Assembly (NCBI GenBank): GCA_963169855.1
Contig: CAUJCN010000002.1
Location: 775,608-817,811 of the forward strand
Length of the DNA stretch: 42,204 nucleotides
From: Patescibacteria group bacterium
GTDB taxonomy: Bacteria; Patescibacteriota; Dojkabacteria; J137
Direction of reading: 5' to 3'
Part shown: positions 1-7,595 of the stretch, in pieces
Position numbering within the stretch: position 1 is the first letter of the stretch
Layout of the letters: each line of letters opens with the position of its first letter
Program-made: the position numbers and the translations under genes
The notes under the pieces: model-generated
Database searches by the model: none
Seen by the model: the letters and a program-made list of their open reading frames with translations, nothing else
What the model was told of the DNA's origin: nothing

Positions 1-3000
1 AGTAGCTAGAGTTAATAACTCTGTTGCGTGAGTGTTTACAACATCGCCTAGATCAGCTAGAGAAACGTTTTGTGAATCTACTGTTAACCCAATGGTTTCA
101 AGAATAACTTCGTTGTCATCTACTTTAGTATTAAGTTCCTGAACAGCCTTCATTGTTAGTGGTAATAATCTAGTTGTAGAAATGCTGTAGTATCCAGTGT
201 CTTCTAGATATACAGCTGAAGGGAAAGCTTCAAGCAAGTTTTGTGCAATAAATCCTGTTTGTAAATCTCCCGCTGTCTCTACCTTGCCTTCTGATTCAAT
301 TCTTCTGAAATCAGAAATTACTATACCCATTAATGATTGTAGGCCTTCTATTGTTGTAGGAGCAATGTCTGTTTTTAATCTTTCGTCTGAAGTTCCTCCA
401 AATTCTAATGTTCCAGCATTAGATCTAATTGATTGAATTGCTGTTCCATCTCCGTCAACAATATCAATGAATCTACAAATACCGGTTGTAGAACAGTTGT
501 CCGAGTTTGCTTGTATTCGAATACCTCTTGCGTCGTCTGAGTTACCATCCACCTCTATTCTTAATCCAAATTGCCTAGTTCCTGCAGGGGCATTTCTAAA
601 TACTGATACTTGTGAAGTAGCATCGTGAACTGTATTAATTGCTAAACTACCTCCTGATGCTCTAGATGTAGCTATAGAGGCTCTTAAATTACCATTATCC
701 TGAGTAACATAAAGGTATTTGCCATTAGGTGTCATAGCAATGAATCTCTGGTTTACAGTGTCTTGAAAATTATCACCTGCTGCAGTCCAAGTAACTCCAT
801 GATCAAATGACATGAAGGAATCGTTACCTGCGATACCTGTTCTAAATGTAGCGAACTGTATTCTTCCATCGGATGTCATTGCAGTATCACTCCACTGTCT
901 TGCCGATTCCCTTGCAGTCCAAGTAACTCCATAATCAGAGGAAGTATATATATTTCCACCTTCGACAGCAGCGGTCATATACTGACCATTTGACGAAACA
1001 ACCATGCCCTCGGACCAGTTTCTATTAGCATCCCTAGCAGTCCAGGTAACTCCATAATCTGAAGAGACATATATCTGACCTCCAAATGCTACTGCAGCCT
1101 GATGTTTACCATCTGAGGACATTCCAGCTCCATTCCAAAGCCTTGAAGATTCTCTTTGTGTCCAAGTAACTCCGTAATCGGATGAAGTATAAATGAATCC
1201 AGGTGTACCATTCCCTACAACTGCGGTAATGTATCTACCATCTGCTGAAATTGCGGACTCATCCCAAGTTCGAGCCGCCTCCCTCGCAACCCATGTTACT
1301 CCATAATCAGAAGATACCTGTAGTTGAGATCCCGCAGCAGTAGCAATCTGGTACTTTCCAATGGCAGATACTTCAACAGAAGTCCAAGAAAGAGCACCAC
1401 CTCTCAAGTTCCATGTAAGTCCAAAGTCAGAAGATTCGCGAATCTGTTCTCCCCCCTCAACGACTGAAACATATCTACCATTAGAAGACATACCTATGCC
1501 TGTAGGCGCGGATAGCAAGCCGTGGTTGGATCTTGAGAACCAAGCTGTACTAAAAGAACTCTCATCTATTTCGAAAGAATCCTGTTGAACAATATTTGAT
1601 CCATAAAGTGCTCCACCATCGGTCTGAACTACAAGATTGTTATTTATAGATGCATCGTTGAATACATCTAGGGATCTTCCTGGAGTATCATACTGAACTC
1701 CAACATTTCCAGCGTTATCGATTATGAAAGGTGTAGTATCGGCTGCCACATCATTTACTCGCATGCTTGTTCCTATTCCTTGATTCTCTATAAACAAGGC
1801 TCTAGCTGCGGAAGCTGGACCAGAGATTATAAGTTCTAGTAAATCTCCTGTATTAGCAGCATTGTTTCCTGTAAGTGCGATTCTGTGTAAATCACCAGTA
1901 AATGCTGTAGACGTACTAGTTATATCGAATCCTCTTCCACTTGTTAATGAGTTAGCTACTTGAGTATATCCAGTTGTTGTTGTACCAGGGAAGGTTTGAG
2001 TTATCGCTCCCACAGCGTCTATTGCTAACCTTGTTGTTCCACTTGTTTCAAAAGCTAATCCAAATGCATCGTTTGTTCCTAAAACTGCACCTGCTCCAAA
2101 AGTGTTTCCGTTCTGGTAGAAACACGCACTAATTGCACAGTTAGCAAGTAAATCGATGTTGACAGTTGCAGTTCTAAAGTTTAAGTTAGTACCATTCCAC
2201 CATAAATCGCCACTGTTAGGTGCTGCTGGGTTAACACCTGCACTACTCACGATTCTGAGTGACGATTGTGCTGCAGTTGCCGCTTGAATGCTTAAAAGTG
2301 CAGTAGGGTTGTTTAATCCGATACCTATTCTATCTGTACTTGCATCTACAAAGAAAAGGTTAGCTTCTGTATCTCCTTCTATTCTTAGGTCGTCATCTTC
2401 TCCTGCTTCGTTGAATACTAATGATCCTACTCCTGCTGTGTCGAACGAAATATCGTAATCATCTGCTGATGTTCCAATATTTAATGTGGCTGGTCCTAAG
2501 TATAAGTCTCTAAATCTGTTTGTAGTTGAACCTAGGTCATAAGTATCATCCACATTTGGTGTTAAGTGACCTGAAGTATCTAATGTTAATCTTGTTGTTC
2601 CATCTGTCTCAAATGCAAGTCCAAAAGTATCGTTTGTTCCCAGAACTGCTAAGGCTCCGAATGAATCTCCGTTTTGATGGAAACATGTTGTACATGCTCC
2701 TCCCGCTAACAAGTCATGTGTAGTCGTACCGTCGTCAAAGTATAAGTTAGTACCATTGAACCATAAGTCACCAGCATTAGGAGCAGATACATCTACAGCG
2801 GCACTAGGACTAAGATTTAGTTGTGCAGTTGTAGTTGTATTCGCTCCGATATCTAACCAAGAAGCACTGTTAGCAGCTGTTCCGATTCCAGTAGTACCAC
2901 TTACTGTTAGGTCTTGATTTACAGTTACATCTCCAGCATTACTTATAGCTACTTGAGTTGCTCCATTAGTTTCGAAGTTGAAACCAAAGTTATCGTTTGT

Positions 3001-6000
3001 TCCGATCGTCATAGCTCCACCAAAAGTATTTCCCCCTTGAAGAATTACATTTGATAGGTCAACTCCATTGATTAAGCCAGAACAATCTAAGTCTCCAGTA
3101 GTTGCATCAATAGTACAACCAGTTGAAGCGTCTCCTCCACCTAAGTTGATAGTATTTGATGCTCCTCCAATATTTACTGTAGTAGCGTTAGTGTTGAATA
3201 TGTTCGCTGTTGCGTTTGTTGTTGTAATGTCTCCTCCGTTTACTGCTAGATCTCCTCCAAAAGTTGCATTATTAGTACAGCTAAAGTTACCTGCTGTTCC
3301 ATCTACTGTACAACCAGTTGAAGCATCTCCACCCATTAAGTTCATAGTTCCTGAAGCACCTGCGATGCCTAAGTTAATTGTTGTAGCAGCTCCGAATCCA
3401 TTGATTACTGTAGCTCCTGTATTTACTAAGTTGAAAGTACCTGCTGTTGTTGTTAAGTCTCCACCGTTTATTGCTAAGTCATTATTCAATGTTAAGTTTC
3501 CTGCTGTAGATAATGTTGCATGAGTTGTTCCGTTTGTTTCTAAAGATAAACTGAAGTTGTCGTTTGTACCCAAAACTGCGTTAGCACCAAAAGTGTTTCC
3601 GTTTTGAATATATGCTTGTGATAAATCAACTCCGTTAATTAATCCAGAACAATCTAAGTCTCCAGTTGTTCCATCAATTGTACAACCAGTAGAAGCTGAG
3701 CCACCCATTAAGTTCATTGTTCCAGATGCACCTGCTATTCCTAAGTTAACTGTTGTTGCTGCTCCAAATCCATTTACTGTTGTTGCATTTGTATTAATTA
3801 AGTTGAATGTGGCTGCTGATGTAATTAAATCTCCTCCATTTACATTCACATCCCCTCCGAATGTTCCGTTTCCAGTACAATCAATACTTCCTGTTGTTGT
3901 ATCCATTGTACAACCAGTAGATCCAGATCCACCTCCGAAGTTTATTATATTAGAAGCTCCTCCAATGTTTACTGTTGTTGCGTTAGTTTGGAATAAGTTT
4001 GCAGTTGCGTTTGTTGTTGTAATGTCTCCGCCGTTTACTGCTAGGTCGTTATTGATAGTTACATCTCCACCTGTACCAATCGACATGTGAGTAACATTGT
4101 TAGTCTCGAAGTTTAATACAAAGTTGTCGTTAGATCCTAATATAACTGGTCCTCCAAAAGTGTTTCCACCATTCACTAGTACGTTTGTTAGGTCTACTCC
4201 ATTGATTAAGCCAGAACAATCTAAGTCTCCAGTAGTTGCATCAATAGTACAACCAGTTGAAGCGTCTCCTCCACCTAAGTTGATAGTATTTGATGCTCCA
4301 CCAATATTTACTGTAGTAGCGTTAGTGTTGAATATGTTCGCTGTTGCGTTTGTTGTTGTAATGTCTCCTCCGTTTACTGCTAGATCTCCTCCAAAAGTTG
4401 CGTTATTAGTACAACTAAAGTTTCCAGCTGTTCCATCTACTGTACAACCAGTTGAAGCATCTCCACCCATTAAGTTCATAGTTCCAGAAGCTCCAGCAAT
4501 TCCTAGGTTAACAGTTGTAGCAGCTCCGAATCCGTTGATTGATGTAGCTCCTGCATTTACTAAGTTGAAAGTACCTGCTGTTGTAATTAAATCTCCTCCA
4601 TTTACGTTTACATCTCCACCAAATGTTCCATTTCCAGAACAGTCTATGCTTCCTGTTGTTGTATCCATTGTACAACCTGTAGATCCGGATCCTCCTCCGA
4701 AGTTTATTGTGTTTGCAGCATCGCCCATGTTTATGGTTGTTGCATTTGTTGTGAATAGATTTGCAGTTGCATTAGTTGTTGTAATATCACCTCCGTTTAC
4801 TGCTAAATCGTTGTTGATAGTTACATCACCTGCATTACTAATGGACATTTGTGTAACATTATTAGTTTCGAAGTTTAAAGCAAAGTTATCGTTAGATCCG
4901 AAAGTTACTGGTCCACCAAAAGTATTTCCTCCATTTAGAAGAACATCAGTAAGATCTACACCGTTAAATAGGCCAGTACAATCAATATTTCCTGAACCAT
5001 CGATAGTACAACCAGTTGACCCTACACCACCCGCTAAGTTTAGGGTAGTTGTTGCGCCAAATGCGTTTACAGTGGTAGCGTTAGTATTTAATAGGTTGAA
5101 TGTGGCTGCTGTAGTTGTCAGATCACCTCCATTTACGGCTAAGTCGTTGTTAAATGTAAAGTCTCCTGCTGTCGATAATGTTGCATGAGTTGTTCCATTA
5201 GTTTCAAATGACAAAGAGAAGTTGTCGTTAGTTCCTAATACTGCGTTAGCTGAAAATGAGTTTCCTCCTTGTTCAAAGAAATCCCCTGATGCTCCACCCA
5301 CGATGTTTCCAGTACATGTAAAGTCTCCCGTTACACCGTTAATAGTACAACCAGTATCAGCGGAACCTCCCATTAAGTTCATGGTTCCAGTTGCTCCAGT
5401 TCTACCAACATTAAATGTTGTAGCACCAGCAGATGTAAACACGTTTACAGTAGCAGATGTTGAAGAAATATCTCCACCATTTACTGCGAGATCGTTCGTC
5501 AGAATTAAATCTCCAGAAGTACCGTCAAATGTTGCTCTAACTAATGCATCAGTTATAAAGGTTAAATCGGTATCATTGCTTGTAGCTATTAAAGCTGAAT
5601 CCATTTCTTGGAAAGCCAAAACTCCCAAGTACTGATTTGCAAAACCGAAAGTAGTACCTACTCCACTAACTCCATAAGATTGAAGTCGAGAAGATGCACT
5701 TGAAGTTGAATAATCAGAGCTTTGTAGTTCAATTGTAGCTTGATCTACTTGTGCCGCGTTACCCATTACATCAATGTTAGCTCCCCCGTCTCCGCCGTAA
5801 ACATATAATCTACTGTTGTTTCCAATTCCTCCAAAATTCGTGTCTGTTCCCAAGAGAACATCTCCATCGTTTTCTATTCGTAAAGCAGTTTGGCTAGTTG
5901 TTTGACTGAAAAGATCAAAAGAAGATGATCCAGGTCCTAAAGCACCCACTCTCAATTGCCACTCTTGTGTTCCAAGTTGTGTATTTCGCAAAGCCATTAA

Positions 6001-7380
6001 AGGTCTTGCTCCCTCGACTGTTACACCTTTTCTATGAATAACGAAAGTTCTTGTTGTTACATTCGCAGTAAAGGCTGGAGTAACTGTAAAGTTAGTTCCT
6101 GTTCCACCTACTGTAACTACTCTAGATTGAGTCGATTGTAAGTTAGGAACAATATAGTCTCCCACGTTAAGTGTTATTACCGCATCAGTTGTGAATGTTG
6201 AGTTTCCGTTTACAGCAGTCATTGTAGTAGCACCACTTGTAGAACCTGATCCACCAGTTACGATATGTACTTGAGACGTAGCTGTTGTTGTTGCAACCCC
6301 CAAAGTCCCATCGGCTCCTAATCTCATCTTCTCTGCTCCATTGGTTTCGAAGGCTAGACTAAAGTTATCGTTAGTACCAAGTACTGCTAATGCTCCAAAA
6401 GAATCTCCACCATCGTGGAAACAAGTTATACACGGAGATCCTGCTAATAGGTCAAATGTTGTTGTACCATCATCGAAATAAAGGTTGCTTCCATTAAACC
6501 AAAGGTCTCCAGCGTTAGGAGCTGCTACATCCACTGCAGCACTTGGTGTGAGATTTAGTTGTGCAGCTGTTGTCGTGTTCGCCCCTATATCTAACCAGGC
6601 TGCTGTTGTAGCACCAGCACCAATTCCTGTAAATCCTCCGTTAGCTACTTGGAAAACCGTGGTTGATGTATTTTGTAATCTTAATAAATCTGGAGTTCCT
6701 GCTCCGTTTTCGTTGATATTTAATAGAGGGTTAGCTGTGTTAGCTGTAGTTTCAAGGTTTATAAGAGTATTAGCACTTGTAGTTGTTTGAACAGCTCCAG
6801 GTCTAAATTGTACAAAGTCTGCGGAAGTTAAATTATCTAAGTAAGAAGCTGATACAGCATATCTAGCAGAAGCTACATCTCTAATTTCTACTCTACTGAA
6901 TGTCTCGGAGAATGTACTCGTTCCTGTTGGATCGAATTCTATTTCTATCCAAAGATCTGTTGCTGAGAAGTCTACTCCTCCGTTACTTATACAAGGGTCT
7001 GCATTGTCTGTCCAATTACCATCTGTTCCAGTATCACTTACTACGTTACATATACTATTGATTTCTAGATTGAATATTCCGTTGTATCGACCAATCTCTG
7101 TATTTATGTGATCTTCTGAGAAAAGAAGATTTCCTGCTGTTGGATCATCATAGATATTTACTCTAAAGTCGCAAGTGTCATTACTGTTTCCTGCTACTAC
7201 GCAAGCTGGTGATCCTGTGTCGATGTTTGTTCCATCTACTAGGTTTACTATTTTACTTTGGAAGTTTAGGGTATTTGATGATGCTGAAACGGAGCTACTC
7301 GTGGCGGTGGAGAAAAGTACGCCAATAGAAATAGCTATACTGAATACAAGTGATCTTTTTAAAAATAGTTTTATTTTCAT
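1..7380 (-). CDS. Giant secreted tail-fibre-like adhesin with Asp-box propeller and peptidase S74 intramolecular chaperone (partial, >2460 aa, 3' end outside window)
   Basis: Manual translation from ATG 7380 (MKIKLFLKRSLVFSIAISIGVLFSTATSSSVSA, Sec-signal-like). No in-frame stop was found down to base 1 (most of the ORF read codon by codon, the internal repeats partly by similarity to their copies). Contains T/G/N-rich repeats, the PNVDDTYDLGSTTNRFRDLYL fibre motif, six SxDxGxTW boxes and SDERLKTDI...GFIAQ...KAVQEL. Absent from the ORF track because its stop lies outside the window. Confidence 0.93.
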   Translation of the reverse strand, partial: MKIKLFLKRSLVFSIAISIGVLFSTATSSSVSASSNTLNFQSKIVNLVDGTNIDTGSPACVVAGNSNDTCDFRVNIYDDPTAGNLLFSEDHINTEIGRYNGIFNLEINSICNVVSDTGTDGNWTDNADPCISNGGVDFSATDLWIEIEFDPTGTSTFSETFSRVEIRDVASARYAVSASYLDNLTSADFVQFRPGAVQTTTSANTLINLETTANTANPLLNINENGAGTPDLLRLQNTSTTVFQVANGGFTGIGAGATTAAWLDIGANTTTAAQLNLTPSAAVDVAAPNAGDLWFNGSNLYFDDGTTTFDLLAGSPCITCFHDGGDSFGALAVLGTNDNFSLAFETNGAEKMRLGADGTLGVATTTATSQVHIVTGGSGSTSGATTMTAVNGNSTFTTDAVITLNVGDYIVPNLQSTQSRVVTVGGTGTNFTVTPAFTANVTTRTFVIHRKGVTVEGARPLMALRNTQLGTQEWQLRVGALGPGSSSFDLFSQTTSQTALRIENDGDVLLGTDTNFGGIGNNSRLYVYGGDGGANIDVMGNAAQVDQATIELQSSDYSTSSASSRLQSYGVSGVGTTFGFANQYLGVLAFQEMDSALIATSNDTDLTFITDALVRATFDGTSGDLILTNDLAVNGGDISSTSATVNVFTSAGATTFNVGRTGATGTMNLMGGSADTGCTINGVTGDFTCTGNIVGGASGDFFEQGGNSFSANAVLGTNDNFSLSFETNGTTHATLSTAGDFTFNNDLAVNGGDLTTTAATFNLLNTNATTVNAFGATTTLNLAGGVGSTGCTIDGSGNIDCTGLFNGVDLTDVLLNGGNTFGGPVTFGSNDNFALNFETNNVTQMSISNAGDVTINNDLAVNGGDITTTNATANLFTTNATTINMGDAANTINFGGGSGSTGCTMDTTTGSIDCSGNGTFGGDVNVNGGDLITTAGTFNLVNAGATSINGFGAATTVNLGIAGASGTMNLMGGDASTGCTVDGTAGNFSCTNNATFGGDLAVNGGDITTTNATANIFNTNATTVNIGGASNTINLGGGDASTGCTIDATTGDLDCSGLINGVDLTNVLVNGGNTFGGPVILGSNDNFVLNFETNNVTHMSIGTGGDVTINNDLAVNGGDITTTNATANLFQTNATTVNIGGASNIINFGGGSGSTGCTMDTTTGSIDCTGNGTFGGDVNVNGGDLITSAATFNLINTNATTVNGFGAATTVNLGIAGASGTMNLMGGSASTGCTIDGTTGDLDCSGLINGVDLSQAYIQNGNTFGANAVLGTNDNFSLSLETNGTTHATLSTAGNLTLNNDLAINGGDLTTTAGTFNLVNTGATVINGFGAATTINLGIAGASGTMNLMGGDASTGCTVDGTAGNFSCTNNATFGGDLAVNGGDITTTNATANIFNTNATTVNIGGASNTINLGGGDASTGCTIDATTGDLDCSGLINGVDLSNVILQGGNTFGGAMTIGTNDNFGFNFETNGATQVAISNAGDVTVNQDLTVSGTTGIGTAANSASWLDIGANTTTTAQLNLSPSAAVDVSAPNAGDLWFNGTNLYFDDGTTTHDLLAGGACTTCFHQNGDSFGALAVLGTNDTFGLAFETDGTTRLTLDTSGHLTPNVDDTYDLGSTTNRFRDLYLGPATLNIGTSADDYDISFDTAGVGSLVFNEAGEDDDLRIEGDTEANLFFVDASTDRIGIGLNNPTALLSIQAATAAQSSLRIVSSAGVNPAAPNSGDLWWNGTNLNFRTATVNIDLLANCAISACFYQNGNTFGAGAVLGTNDAFGLAFETSGTTRLAIDAVGAITQTFPGTTTTGYTQVANSLTSGRGFDITSTSTAFTGDLHRIALTGNNAANTGDLLELIISGPASAARALFIENQGIGTSMRVNDVAADTTPFIIDNAGNVGVQYDTPGRSLDVFNDASINNNLVVQTDGGALYGSNIVQQDSFEIDESSFSTAWFSRSNHGLLSAPTGIGMSSNGRYVSVVEGGEQIRESSDFGLTWNLRGGALSWTSVEVSAIGKYQIATAAGSQLQVSSDYGVTWVAREAARTWDESAISADGRYITAVVGNGTPGFIYTSSDYGVTWTQRESSRLWNGAGMSSDGKHQAAVAFGGQIYVSSDYGVTWTARDANRNWSEGMVVSSNGQYMTAAVEGGNIYTSSDYGVTWTARESARQWSDTAMTSDGRIQFATFRTGIAGNDSFMSFDHGVTWTAAGDNFQDTVNQRFIAMTPNGKYLYVTQDNGNLRASIATSRASGGSLAINTVHDATSQVSVFRNAPAGTRQFGLRIEVDGNSDDARGIRIQANSDNCSTTGICRFIDIVDGDGTAIQSIRSNAGTLEFGGTSDERLKTDIAPTTIEGLQSLMGIVISDFRRIESEGKVETAGDLQTGFIAQNLLEAFPSAVYLEDTGYYSISTTRLLPLTMKAVQELNTKVDDNEVILETIGLTVDSQNVSLADLGDVVNTHATELLTLAT
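130..390 (-). other. Peptidase S74 / intramolecular chaperone autoprocessing (ICA) domain within the giant protein
   Basis: TSDERLKTDIAPTTIEGLQSLMGIVISDFRR...TGFIAQNLLEAFPSAV...YYSISTTRLLPLTMKAVQEL; the Ser (388-390) and Lys of the dyad are present. Confidence 0.9.
787..1434 (-). repeat. Six Asp-box (BNR) repeats, probable beta-propeller
   Basis: SSDFGLTW, four SSDYGVTW and SFDHGVTW, spaced about 40-43 aa apart. Confidence 0.9.
2040..6610 (-). repeat. Internal coding repeats of the giant protein
   Basis: Eight GN/DxFG..(L)G(T/S)ND.F.L.FET units and nine GCT(I/V/M)(D/N)-C disulfide-like units. DNA direct repeats include about 3062-3450 vs 4196-4585 (offset 1134 nt) and the module near 2849 vs 6587 (offset 3738 nt). 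Confidence 0.9.
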
Positions 7381-7530
7381 GCTGTGCAGGCGTTTAAAAT
7401 ATTAAGTCCATCATACCTATTCGGTGTAATGTCCTATTGTTTTGTACAAGTGGCTAATATGTATTCAATCATATTTAAAAATTGATGTCAACATTTTCTA
7501 ATAAAAATATTATATTAGTCAAAAATTATT

Positions 7531-7578
7531 GAAAAGAAAAGGCTGCAGATTCAATTTCAAAAATGAACCTACAGCCTT
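7531..7578 (-). terminator. Intrinsic terminator after gyrA
   Basis: Minus strand AAGGCTGTAGGTTCA-loop-TGAATCTGCAGCCTT (with G-U pairs) followed by TTCTTTTC. Confidence 0.75.
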
Positions 7579-7595
7579 AATTAATTGCTTAGTGA

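Noticed and set aside
3062-4585. Near-identical repeats as a DGR template/variable pair or a CRISPR-like array
   Set aside because: Differences are mostly synonymous and not adenine-specific, both copies are in-frame coding sequence, there is no reverse transcriptase, and there is no repeat-spacer periodicity.
197-7405. Plus-strand ORFs 197-436, 1361-1588, 2526-2723, 3068-3523, 3803-4090, 4097-5188, 5222-5635, 6485-6790, 7175-7405
   Set aside because: These are antisense shadows of the giant minus-strand gene. The Pro/Val-rich repetitive sequence is what the reverse complement of Gly/Thr/Asn codons gives.
7381-7500. Riboswitch or clear promoter upstream of the giant gene
   Set aside because: A TTGACA is present, but the box at 17-nt spacing (TTGAAT) lacks the key A, and no recognisable riboswitch consensus was seen.
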